From: Bacillales bacterium UBA7581
GTDB lineage: Bacteria; Bacillota_I; Bacilli_A; RFN20; CAG-826
DNA: 64,000 nt
Assembly (NCBI GenBank): GCA_002477825.1
Contig: DLKT01000003.1
Location: 4,158-68,157, forward strand
Reading direction: 5' to 3'
The translations under genes and the position numbers were made by a program. A model generated the notes under the pieces. It did not search any database. It had not been told where the DNA came from and worked only from the letters and a program-made list of their open reading frames with translations. Shown here in pieces: positions 41,559 through 50,780 of this stretch (the stretch's first letter is position 1; every line of letters starts with the position of its first letter).

Positions 41559-42786
41559 TTTATCCATTGATTTTTTAGGTGTTCATTTTCCTAACCCATT
41601 CTGTTTATCCTCCTCACCGGTAGGTAACTGCTATGAAATGTGCGCAAAAGCTTATGAAACAGGTTGGGGTGGCGTAGTATTCAAGACCATTGGTCCTAAA
41701 CATTTCGTCATTCGTGAAGTTTCTCCTCGTTTTGATGCCTTAAGAAAAGAAGCAACGCCATGGATTGGTTTTAAAAACATGGAACAAATTGCTGAACATA
41801 GTCTAGAAGACAATTTAAGAGACTTAAGAAGATTAAAAGAGAATTACCCTAACCACGTTCTTATCGCGTCGATTATGGGCACAAATGAAGAGGATTGGGT
41901 CGAATTAGCTAAGCTGGTGGAAGAAGCTGGTGCCGATATGATTGAAATGAACTTATCCTGTCCACAAATGACTTCTCACGCGATGGGATCCGATGTTGGA
42001 AGTAATCCTGCTTTATGTAAAAAATATTGTGAAGCCGTAAAAAGAGGTTCTAAATTACCGATGATGGCGAAAATGACACCGAACATTGGTGATATGTGTG
42101 AAGTGGCCATCGCTTGTATTGCGGGTGGTGCGGATGGTATTGCTGCTATTAACACGGTTAAATCCATTTTAAATGTCGATTTAGAAAAGAAGATTGGTCT
42201 TCCAATTGTAAACGGAAAATCTTCCATCTCGGGTTATTCAGGAAAAGCAGTAAAACCAATCGCATTACGTTTTATTCAACAAATGCGTACGAATCCTCAA
42301 TTAAAGAATGTTCCTATTTCTGGTATTGGTGGTATTGAAACTTGGGAAGATGCTTGTGAATTCTTCTTATTAGGAGCAACGACTTTACAAGTAACAACCG
42401 CGATTATGCAATATGGTTATCGTATTGTTGAAGACTTAATTTCCGGTATGTCCTATTATTTAGAAGATCATGGATATCATCATCTTTCTGAAATTATTGG
42501 TTTAGCGAATGATAATATTATTCCATGTGAAGAATTAGACCGTGATTATATCGTTTATCCAAAATTTAATGAAGAGACTTGTGTGGGCTGTGGCCGCTGC
42601 TACATTTCTTGTTTTGATGGAGGCCATCAAGCGATTGTCTTTGATGAAGAAAAACGTAGACCATCAGTGAATAAAGAAAAATGTGTGGGTTGCCATTTAT
42701 GCGCAACCGTATGTCCAACGCGTTCTATCTCAAAAGGTGAAATTTTCTATAAAAACGGAGATAGAAAAGAAAAACCGATATTATAA
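41551..42786 (+). CDS. preA: NAD-dependent dihydropyrimidine dehydrogenase subunit PreA (DHODH-like TIM barrel plus 2x[4Fe-4S] ferredoxin tail)
   Basis: 411 aa. NLSCPQM active-site loop and a C-terminal [11 protein letters not shown] ... [12 protein letters not shown]. Confidence 0.75.
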   Translation: MTDLSIDFLGVHFPNPFCLSSSPVGNCYEMCAKAYETGWGGVVFKTIGPKHFVIREVSPRFDALRKEATPWIGFKNMEQIAEHSLEDNLRDLRRLKENYPNHVLIASIMGTNEEDWVELAKLVEEAGADMIEMNLSCPQMTSHAMGSDVGSNPALCKKYCEAVKRGSKLPMMAKMTPNIGDMCEVAIACIAGGADGIAAINTVKSILNVDLEKKIGLPIVNGKSSISGYSGKAVKPIALRFIQQMRTNPQLKNVPISGIGGIETWEDACEFFLLGATTLQVTTAIMQYGYRIVEDLISGMSYYLEDHGYHHLSEIIGLANDNIIPCEELDRDYIVYPKFNEETCVGCGRCYISCFDGGHQAIVFDEEKRRPSVNKEKCVGCHLCATVCPTRSISKGEIFYKNGDRKEKPIL

Positions 42787-42795
42787 AGTAAACGA

Positions 42796-42823
42796 AAAAG
42801 CGAGGATTTATCCTCGTTTTTTT
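42796..42823 (+). terminator. Rho-independent terminator after preA
   Basis: cgagga-ttta-tcctcg hairpin followed by a T7 run. Confidence 0.75.
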
Positions 42824-42874
42824 GTTATCTTTTCTATTTTTGGGGAATGATGTAAAATAGAGTAGAAAAGAGGG

Positions 42875-44239
42875 ATGATGATGAATTTATCCAAAGTACA
42901 AGTAAAGCCTATCAAAAAAGAAGTTGATTTGTTAGGAAACTTTGAAGAAACCAATTTAGGTTATACAACCCTAGAATTAGCCAAAGAAGAAGCGGAAAGA
43001 TGCTTACATTGTCCGCATGCTCCTTGTATGAAAGCTTGTCCAGCTCATAATCATATTCCTGATTTTATTGAACAAATTAAAAATGGAAATGGTTTAGAAG
43101 CCAATAAAATATTACGAATTACTACGATTTTTTCTTCTATTTGTGGTCGCGTATGCCCGCACGAAAAACAATGTGAAAGCGTATGTGTCCGGGCAAGAAA
43201 TGGGGAGGCGGTTGCCATTCGTAATTTAGAGCGCTTTGCCTCAACTTTTTCAGTAACCATGGAAAAGCCTAAGGAAGAAAGAAAAGAAAAAATTGCTATT
43301 ATTGGCGCTGGTCCTGCGGGACTTATGTGCGCGTATCGATTAAGAACACATGGTTATCAAGTCGATATTTATGATGAAAATCAAAAAGCGGGCGGTGCAC
43401 TAACTTATTCCATTCCATCTTTCCGTTTACCTTATGAAGAAGTCGAAAAAGTCGTTAAGAATTTAGAAGGAATGGGAGTTCAATTTTTCTTAAATCATAA
43501 AGTCGAAGGAGATTTAGAAACTTTTATTTCAGATCGTGGTTATCAAAAAATGGTAGTGGCCACCGGCGCAACAAAAGATAAATATATGCATTTACCAGGA
43601 GAAAATTTAGAAAACGTTTGGCCAGCGAATGCATTATTAATTAAAGCGAAAAAAATTATGCTTCATGAACTTGAAGAAGAACTACCTTTAAAAAATGCGA
43701 AAAAAGTTGTAGTTATTGGCGGCGGAAATACGGCGATGGACGCTGCTTCATACTTACGTAGATTAGGTGTAGAAGTTATCGTAATGTATCGACGCTCAGA
43801 AGAAGAAATGCCCGCAAATAAAGAAGAACTTGAAGAAGCAAAAAAAGAAGGTATTCAATTTATGTTCTTAACAAATCCTAACGCTTTTTTAGGAGAAAAA
43901 GAGGTTTCTGCTATTTCTTTTGTTCATATGGAACTATTAGATGAGCTTGATAAAAGTGGTAGAAAGAAATGCAGAGAAAAGCCGAATTCACAAGAGAATT
44001 TGCAAGGAGTTGGTGGTGTAGTTACTGCAATAAGCGCTTCTAGTAATATTGAATTCATTCCTAATGCGTTTGATATGAGTTCGTGGGGAAGTATTGTTGT
44101 AAATGATGAAGGTCAAACGAGTAATGACCAATTTTATGCAGGTGGCGATGTTGTAACGGGACCCTTAACCGTTGTTCATGCAATGAAAGCGGGAGACACC
44201 ATTGCAGAATCTATTCATCAATCTTTAATCAATAAATAA
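42875..44239 (+). CDS. Glutamate synthase small-subunit-like (GltD/NfnB/SudA-family) NAD(P)H oxidoreductase
   Basis: N-terminal Cys clusters (CLHCPHAPCMKACP, CGRVCPHEKQCESVC), GAGPAGL and GGGNTAMD dinucleotide motifs. Paralogous in layout to PreT. Has its own promoter and terminator. Confidence 0.7.
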   Translation: MMMNLSKVQVKPIKKEVDLLGNFEETNLGYTTLELAKEEAERCLHCPHAPCMKACPAHNHIPDFIEQIKNGNGLEANKILRITTIFSSICGRVCPHEKQCESVCVRARNGEAVAIRNLERFASTFSVTMEKPKEERKEKIAIIGAGPAGLMCAYRLRTHGYQVDIYDENQKAGGALTYSIPSFRLPYEEVEKVVKNLEGMGVQFFLNHKVEGDLETFISDRGYQKMVVATGATKDKYMHLPGENLENVWPANALLIKAKKIMLHELEEELPLKNAKKVVVIGGGNTAMDAASYLRRLGVEVIVMYRRSEEEMPANKEELEEAKKEGIQFMFLTNPNAFLGEKEVSAISFVHMELLDELDKSGRKKCREKPNSQENLQGVGGVVTAISASSNIEFIPNAFDMSSWGSIVVNDEGQTSNDQFYAGGDVVTGPLTVVHAMKAGDTIAESIHQSLINK

Positions 44240-44240
44240 A

Positions 44241-44276
44241 AAAATGGGTAATGTGTGATAACTTACCCATTTTTTT
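44241..44276. terminator. Bidirectional terminator between the gltD-like gene and the flippase gene
   Basis: aaaatgggtaa-N11-ttacccatttt hairpin with flanking A and T runs. Confidence 0.8.
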
Positions 44277-44292
44277 ATGATGTGGTTATAAT

Positions 44293-45798
44293 TTATTTTG
44301 TTAGTTCTGCTTCTTTTTTATGACGAATAAAGGAACAAACTAAATTTTCATTTAAAATAAGAAGGAGTCCAACATATATAAAAGCATCGAATAGTAAAAT
44401 GATAATAATTCTTTCAAAATAAGAATAATTGAAAACTGATAAATAACGATTAGCAAAATAAGAAATAACGGCGACAACAATAGCAGAAACAAGTATTTTT
44501 AAATTGTTTTTGTTGAAAATTGCTTTAAAAGAATACTCTCGAGTTAAGTAAATAAGAATAACTAAGATAATTAAATCAGTTATAGATGTTGCTAAGGCAA
44601 TTCCAATAGAAGGAGAAGAAGAGAATACTTTTGCTAGAATTACACTAAGAAGTAAATTGCTTAACATGCCACCGCTCATGGTATATAGATAAATCTTTTC
44701 TTTCCCCATGGGTAATAAAATAGAGTTATAAATCATATCTGAAATTGAATAAGTGAGCGTCATACTTGCAAGAATAATTAACGTTGTAGCGGCGTTTTCA
44801 TAACCATTTGCCCCAGATATTAAACCAGTAACACTATGAGAAAGTGTAGTTAACGTGGCAATTGCGGGTAAAGCAATAAAGCAACAAATATTCATACTAT
44901 ATCGCGTTAAATTATGGAAAAACACTTTATTTTCCATTTGATAATAATACGTAGCGCGCGGAATGAACACAGCGCTTAAAGAAGTAATTAAAGTAATTAC
45001 GACTTCAATGGCTTTAATGCCTACAGAATAGGAGCCGACTTCTTTTTTTGTAGGGTCCATTAACCCTAAAATAAACGAATCGTTTTGATTATAAAGCGTT
45101 AAAACAATGGATAAACCAAAAACAACAAGTAAAGGTTTGATATAGGCTTTCAGTTGATAAGGTCTTGTTTTTTTAAAAGAAATATGTCGATGTAAGAAAA
45201 GTAAATTCAAAAATACGGTAATATAAGTCGTCATACAGGCAAAGAAAGCATATAAATAGATTTGTTCTTCAAAGGGACGAACTACACCATTTTCAGGAAG
45301 TTTAATATATAAAAGAATTAATAAAGCAGAAGTGGCTAAAGCAAGAATGGAACGGAAAGCTGTATAGTAATGTTTTTCTAAAGCAATATAAATCCATTCA
45401 AACGAGAAAGCACCGACTAAAAAATTCGTGGAAAGAAGGAAAATCAATGCGCGATTTTTCCATAATTCGCCTTGACTGGCTACCATAATAGTCACCATGA
45501 GACCAAAAGATAATAAAGTTAAAATGGCTTGTAGTAAAAAGAATTCCTGGGCTTTATGAGATAAAGCTTCTTTATCATCACGAACTTTTGTACATTCGCG
45601 AATCGCAATGGTGGGGATTCCTAATTTAGCTAGAGTTAAGAAATAATAAACAAAGGTATTAGCCCATGTATAAGTTCCCATTCCAGCATCACCTAAAGCT
45701 CTACAGGCAAAGGGAAAGGAAATAAAAGAAAGAATTGTGACTGTAATGGTTCGAATCATATGAACGATGACACTATAACGAATATTGTTATTTTTCAT
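44293..45798 (-). CDS. Polysaccharide/oligosaccharide flippase (MOP superfamily, Wzx-like)
   Basis: ~14 TM segments and an N-terminal region typical of Polysacc_synt flippases. The ATG at 45798 follows AAAGGAG. Confidence 0.7.
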   Translation of the reverse strand: MKNNNIRYSVIVHMIRTITVTILSFISFPFACRALGDAGMGTYTWANTFVYYFLTLAKLGIPTIAIRECTKVRDDKEALSHKAQEFFLLQAILTLLSFGLMVTIMVASQGELWKNRALIFLLSTNFLVGAFSFEWIYIALEKHYYTAFRSILALATSALLILLYIKLPENGVVRPFEEQIYLYAFFACMTTYITVFLNLLFLHRHISFKKTRPYQLKAYIKPLLVVFGLSIVLTLYNQNDSFILGLMDPTKKEVGSYSVGIKAIEVVITLITSLSAVFIPRATYYYQMENKVFFHNLTRYSMNICCFIALPAIATLTTLSHSVTGLISGANGYENAATTLIILASMTLTYSISDMIYNSILLPMGKEKIYLYTMSGGMLSNLLLSVILAKVFSSSPSIGIALATSITDLIILVILIYLTREYSFKAIFNKNNLKILVSAIVVAVISYFANRYLSVFNYSYFERIIIILLFDAFIYVGLLLILNENLVCSFIRHKKEAELTK

Positions 45799-45925
45799 AA
45801 AGCCACACTCCTTTCTATACATTTTACCATTCTTCGTTTTAAAAGTGTATTTTTTTCATGGTAATTTATCTTTTTGATTAAGGCCTTTCTAAACTATGGT
45901 ATACTATTATTTGAGGGAATTTCTT

Positions 45926-47137
45926 ATGAAGATTTTAGCCATTTGTCAACACTATAGTCCAGAGCCATTTGTTGTTTCAAAATTCATGGAACAACTTGTT
46001 TTGCTTGGTCATGAAGTGCATGTGGTCACTGGATTTCCTAATTATGGCTATAATCGAATTATGGATGGATATAATGGAAAAAAAGAAATGGATGAAGTCA
46101 TCAATGGCGTATTTGTCCATCGCGTAAAAATTTATCCTAGAAAAAATAGTAAACTTTCTATTTGTAGAAATTATCTTTCCTTTTGGAGAAACTCCAAAAA
46201 ATATGTTCGAAAACTCGATGATTCTTTTGATGTGGTTTTTACAATGACACTATCGCCTGTCATTGCCGCAGCGAGTGCGAATCTCTATGCGAAAAAACAT
46301 AAAAAACCATTACTTCATTATTGCGTTGATTTATGGCCGGAGTCTTTAGTTATTACCAAAATTATTCGTCCTCGTGGACTTGCTTATAATTTTTTCTATA
46401 AGTGGAGCAAAAGTATCTATCAAAGAGCGGATAAAATTCTCGTTTCTTCGCCTTCTTTCTTAACTTATTTTAAAGAAGTCCTTCATTTAGAAGAAAAAGA
46501 GTATGATCTTCTTTATCAACCGGCATTATTAGAAGAAGAAAGCGTAGAAGCGGAAGAGTATGAAAAAGGTACGTTGAATATTGTTTATTGTGGAAATATG
46601 GGGAAATTACAATGTTTAAATATCATTGATGAAATGTTAGAGAAAGTGAATCAAGATGCTTCTCTTCGTTTCCATTTTATTGGCATGGGAAGTGAAAAAA
46701 AGCATTTCTTTGAAAGAATTCATCAAAAAGGTTTAGATCAGTTTGTTATTGATCATGGCCCATTACCAACAAAAAAAGCCATTCGTTATTTTAAAAACGC
46801 AGATGTTTTATATGTGGCTTTAAAGAAAGATGGCTATGTGGGACATACTATTCCGAATAAACTCATCTTTTATTTAGCATTTGGTAAACCGATTCTTGCT
46901 ATGGTGGATCATGATGCGAAAGATGTCTTACAAAAAGCGCAAGGTAGTATTATTGTTGAAGAAAGTGCTGAATCTCTTTATCAAGGGATTCAACAATTCA
47001 TGCATTTAACTTTAGAACAAAAAGAAAAACTTGGTCAAAATAACCAAGTCTATTTTAAAAATCATTTTACGCTTTCTTTATTATCAAAGAAATTAGAAGA
47101 AGAACTATGTAGTCTAATAAAAGAATCAAATTCCTGA
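45926..47137 (+). CDS. Glycosyltransferase family 4 (WcaI-like)
   Basis: MKILAICQHYSPE N-terminus and a C-terminal GT4 region (GHTIPNKLIFYLAFGKPILAM). The ATG at 45926 follows GAGGGAA. Confidence 0.75.
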   Translation: MKILAICQHYSPEPFVVSKFMEQLVLLGHEVHVVTGFPNYGYNRIMDGYNGKKEMDEVINGVFVHRVKIYPRKNSKLSICRNYLSFWRNSKKYVRKLDDSFDVVFTMTLSPVIAAASANLYAKKHKKPLLHYCVDLWPESLVITKIIRPRGLAYNFFYKWSKSIYQRADKILVSSPSFLTYFKEVLHLEEKEYDLLYQPALLEEESVEAEEYEKGTLNIVYCGNMGKLQCLNIIDEMLEKVNQDASLRFHFIGMGSEKKHFFERIHQKGLDQFVIDHGPLPTKKAIRYFKNADVLYVALKKDGYVGHTIPNKLIFYLAFGKPILAMVDHDAKDVLQKAQGSIIVEESAESLYQGIQQFMHLTLEQKEKLGQNNQVYFKNHFTLSLLSKKLEEELCSLIKESNS

Positions 47138-48243
47138 GCAACTTTAGAAATGGCATAATGAGAAAGAGCAATTTTTCTTGCTTGCTGTGCCTTTTTTTCA
47201 CGCTCTTTTGCGGTTAATTCAAAGAAATCGACAAAGCCATTATAGATTTCATGTTCTTTTCCTGAGCCAATATAAAATAATGTATCTTGAAACATTTTTT
47301 GAATGGTCTCATTTTCCGTGGTCATCGTAGGTGTTCCACTAGCGATGTATTCTAGCATTTTACTAGGGAAAGACAAAGCTTCAAGTTCTTTATTTAATGG
47401 ACGTGGGTTAATATTTAATAAAGCGTTTTGTTCATAAAAAGCAATTTCTTTTTTAGATAAAAGTCCTACATAATGAATGCGTGAATCTTTTAAAGCATAA
47501 TCTTTAACTAAACTTACACTTGGCCCTTGACCCGCAATGATTAAATGATGAGAAGTTGGATAACGATGAAAAGCTTCTAATAGGGCAAAAATACCATATT
47601 TTTCATATAAAGCACCGCCAAAGAAAATGTAATTGTCGTATAATCTTGTAATCGCGGGCGCTGCTTCTTTTTCATCAATTAAACCTTCTTTTATAAAACA
47701 AGGACGATGCAAAAGGTTACTTGCTTCATTTAATCCTTCCGTTAACGCGTAATATAAATCATATTTTGGGAAGTAGGATTCAACCGTATGAATATATTTT
47801 TTAGACACTCCTGTAATGTTTTTAGGATGATCCGTAATAATCCCAACAATAGGTAAATGGAATTTTTTAGAAATACGGAAAGCTAATTTTACAAGAGCGA
47901 TATTTAGTGAATCGACAAAGAGAATTGTATCAGAATGAATGTATTTCCTTATTTTCTTTAAAGAATAATGCGCAATTTGTAAAGATTTTATTTTAGGAAC
48001 ATTCAAAAAAGATAAGTAATGAAAGTGAATTCCATTACTTTCACTTTCTTCTTTTTTTATCCATTGATTGTTAAAAATGGTAAGAGGACGATAAGAAAGA
48101 ACATCCACGTTATAGTGGACCGCGAGCATTTTGATAAAAGAACTATAAAAATGTTGATTAGAAGGATTGGCATGATTTCCTTTTTTTAATAAAAGAGCGA
48201 AATCGTCTTCGGATAAAGTTGTGGATAATACTAAAGCATGCAT
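47062..48243 (-). CDS. Glycosyltransferase (GT4/GT1 family)
   Basis: C-terminal E-x7-E-like region (ALSFPSKMLEYIASGTPTM). The ATG at 48243 follows GGAGGAAG and sits 1 nt after the stop of the upstream gene. Confidence 0.7.
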   Translation of the reverse strand: MHALVLSTTLSEDDFALLLKKGNHANPSNQHFYSSFIKMLAVHYNVDVLSYRPLTIFNNQWIKKEESESNGIHFHYLSFLNVPKIKSLQIAHYSLKKIRKYIHSDTILFVDSLNIALVKLAFRISKKFHLPIVGIITDHPKNITGVSKKYIHTVESYFPKYDLYYALTEGLNEASNLLHRPCFIKEGLIDEKEAAPAITRLYDNYIFFGGALYEKYGIFALLEAFHRYPTSHHLIIAGQGPSVSLVKDYALKDSRIHYVGLLSKKEIAFYEQNALLNINPRPLNKELEALSFPSKMLEYIASGTPTMTTENETIQKMFQDTLFYIGSGKEHEIYNGFVDFFELTAKEREKKAQQARKIALSHYAISKVAQEFDSFIRLHSSSSNFFDNKESVK

Positions 48244-48244
48244 A

Positions 48245-49330
48245 TTATTCTTCCTCCTTCCATAGAGCAATATGAATTTGAGAAGAGACTTCATAAGTGT
48301 TTTGTTTAGCAACGGAAGTAGCATAATCAAAACAATCGTCGCTTAATAAGCTTTGAATAGCAGATATAATTTTTTGATTATCATCTAAAGGAACAATATA
48401 TCCGTTTTTTGTAGGGGTTATCAAAGCGTGAGCGGCAATAATTTTATCACTAGCAATGACGCCTAAACCTTGAGATAGAGCTTCATTAATTACATGACCA
48501 TAGATATCTTCTTTAGAAAGCAAAATAAAACCGGAAGAAGCACGCATCAAAGGGAATAACTCACTTCTTTTTAAAAAGGGCAAAATGGTAACGTTTTGCA
48601 TATGATTTTGTTCGATAAATAATTGATAATTTTTTTCTTCTTTACCGCCACCAACAAGAACTAAATGTAGATGAGGTAAATCTTTAAAAATGGTAAGAAG
48701 CTGTTCCATATTTTTTCTTTTAATGAACTGTCCTACCGAAATAAAAATAGGTTCTTTACTAGATAAATGATGCTGTTCTAGTATTTTTTCTTTTTCTATC
48801 GATGTTAAAGGTGCTTTGGCTATCTCATCTTCGGTAATAGTGGCATAAGGGAAGTAGCGGATATCTTCTTTTCTTGCGCCATAATGTAATAAATATTCAT
48901 CGCAAGCATTAGTAGGTGAGTAGTAGCGGAAAGCGTGTGAAATTATTTTTTTCTTTAAATGAAGACGCCATTTGGGGTCGGAATGAACGACACCACCATT
49001 TACATATAAAGCGTAAGGAATGTGGTGGCGTATCATATATTGGATGGCAATGATCTCAGCAAAGGTAGAGTAGCCATTCATGATAATTAAATCATATTTG
49101 CCTTTTTTTATTTCATGAACAATTCCATGAGAATAAAAATTCTCATTTCCTATTTGAATCCCTTTTAAAAAGGCATGTGGAAAAGGAATCTCTTTTTCAT
49201 AAAAAAGAGAATTTCTGTCTTTGTTTGTTTTTCTTTCAAATAAAACAAAGATATCTAATTCTTTCGCAATTCGTTTTAATAGTTCAACCTTATAAGGTGC
49301 GGGATGATTAAAAACAAATAGAATCTTCAT
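48245..49330 (-). CDS. Glycosyltransferase family 4
   Basis: MKILFVFNHPAPYK N-terminus and a GT4 region (EDIYGHVINEALSQGLGVIASD). The ATG is at 49330. Confidence 0.75.
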   Translation of the reverse strand: MKILFVFNHPAPYKVELLKRIAKELDIFVLFERKTNKDRNSLFYEKEIPFPHAFLKGIQIGNENFYSHGIVHEIKKGKYDLIIMNGYSTFAEIIAIQYMIRHHIPYALYVNGGVVHSDPKWRLHLKKKIISHAFRYYSPTNACDEYLLHYGARKEDIRYFPYATITEDEIAKAPLTSIEKEKILEQHHLSSKEPIFISVGQFIKRKNMEQLLTIFKDLPHLHLVLVGGGKEEKNYQLFIEQNHMQNVTILPFLKRSELFPLMRASSGFILLSKEDIYGHVINEALSQGLGVIASDKIIAAHALITPTKNGYIVPLDDNQKIISAIQSLLSDDCFDYATSVAKQNTYEVSSQIHIALWKEEE

Positions 49331-49433
49331 AAAAAAACGCCTCTTTTTTATTATACACAATCTTTTATTGGCTTTCATTAATAAATGTTTTTAGAAAAGG
49401 CAATTTATGATAAAATGAAAAAGGTGATAAGAA

Positions 49434-50093
49434 ATGGAAAGAACTTGGGAAATTTTTTTTGAAGAAGAAAAACAAAAAGAATTTATGCATCGGTTGCATA
49501 ATTTTTTAGCGCTTGAATACCGCTCGCATACGGTTTATCCACCCAAGAATTTATTGCTCAATGCCTTTAATTTAACTCCTTATTCTAAAGTGAAAGTTGT
49601 TATTATTGGTCAAGATCCTTATCATGAACCGAATCAAGCGATGGGATTATCGTTTTCCGTTCCCGAAGGAGAACCTCTTCCACCAAGTTTACAAAATATT
49701 TATAAGGAAATAGAAAATGACTTAGGTGTTCATATGAAGCCGAATGGTGATTTAACTTATTTAGCTAAACAAGGCGTATTATTATTAAATGCTTTATTAA
49801 GTGTTCGTAGAGGTATAGCTCTATCACATCAAATTCCAGAATATGAACAATTATTAAAAGATGTTTTATTATATTTAGATCAAAGTGACGAACCGATTGT
49901 TTTCTTATTATGGGGGCGCTTTGCTAGAAATTTAAAACCTTATATCACGAATCCGAATCGATTAATTTTAGAATCCACCCATCCATCGCCTTTAAGTGCA
50001 AATCGTGGTGGCTTCTTTAATCAACATCATTTTTCAAAAACTAATCAATATTTAATAGAACATCATCTTGAGCCGATTCATTGGCAAAATTAA
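49434..50093 (+). CDS. ung: Uracil-DNA glycosylase (family 1)
   Basis: GQDPYH water-activating loop, LLLN, HPSPLSA leucine-loop motifs. Confidence 0.95.
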   Translation: MERTWEIFFEEEKQKEFMHRLHNFLALEYRSHTVYPPKNLLLNAFNLTPYSKVKVVIIGQDPYHEPNQAMGLSFSVPEGEPLPPSLQNIYKEIENDLGVHMKPNGDLTYLAKQGVLLLNALLSVRRGIALSHQIPEYEQLLKDVLLYLDQSDEPIVFLLWGRFARNLKPYITNPNRLILESTHPSPLSANRGGFFNQHHFSKTNQYLIEHHLEPIHWQN

Positions 50094-50114
50094 AAAGGAG
50101 CGTGAGCTCCTTTT
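50093..50114. terminator. Bidirectional terminator between ung and the gerQ-like gene
   Basis: aaaaggagc-gtga-gctcctttt perfect hairpin. Confidence 0.75.
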
Positions 50115-50562
50115 ATTCTATCACTTCATAGTAATTCACATATACCGCGACAATTACGGTAAGTAATTTCGTATCGGGGTTTTCGAGAATTAATTTATCG
50201 TTTCCAGCGAACATAATTCTACCTTCTAAAATTACGTCATGCCATTGAGAAGAATCGGGAAAACTACAATATACACGGACTTTTTTTCCAGTAAAAGTGT
50301 TGATGTGAATATCTAACGATTGATCGGTACCACTGTTATCCATGTTTTGCTTTAAAGCTTCTTCTAAAGTTTGCCCACGTACTGTTTCAATTGGAATTTG
50401 TTCAATAGGTGGTTGAACCGCTCCCGCTTGAGGACGCATTGTGGTAGGTTGTGGTGGTTGAGGCGTACCTTGATATGGTGGAGGTGTGCCCATTCCTTGG
50501 TCCATGGTTGGCGTTGGGTAAGGTACCCCATAGTAGTTCGGTGGAGGTTGCATACGATCCAT
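50113..50562 (-). CDS. Pro/Gln-rich small protein, spore coat protein GerQ-like
   Basis: The ATG at 50562 follows AAAGGAG; the tracked upstream extension lacks an SD. Pro-rich N-terminal half (PPPNYYGVPYPTP...PPPYQGTPQPPQP). The C-terminal part (VRVYCSFPDSSQWHDVILEGRIMFAGNDKLILENPDT...VNYYE) resembles the GerQ/YwdL C-domain from memory. Confidence 0.45.
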   Translation of the reverse strand: MDRMQPPPNYYGVPYPTPTMDQGMGTPPPYQGTPQPPQPTTMRPQAGAVQPPIEQIPIETVRGQTLEEALKQNMDNSGTDQSLDIHINTFTGKKVRVYCSFPDSSQWHDVILEGRIMFAGNDKLILENPDTKLLTVIVAVYVNYYEVIE

Positions 50563-50657
50563 AAATGAATCTCCTTTCGTATTATCAATATATCTTACGA
50601 AAAAAATTTCCAATATAGACCAAAAATATCCCTTGTTTTTTTTTTGAAAGCATGCTA

Positions 50658-50748
50658 ATATCGTATCGGGAGCTAGCAAGAGCTGGCTGAGAGTATTTCT
50701 GATCTGAAATAGACCATACCTGATCCAGGTAATGCTGGCGTAGGATTT
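50658..50748 (+). promoter_or_regulatory. TPP (THI-box) riboswitch
   Basis: Conserved cores read directly: GGGAGC...GCTGGCTGAGAG ... ACCTGATCCAGGTAATGCTGGCGTAGGA. It sits upstream of a ThiT-like gene. Boundaries are approximate. Confidence 0.85.
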
Positions 50749-50780
50749 TTTTTATTCCTCGCCGAATGGGAGTGAATAAA

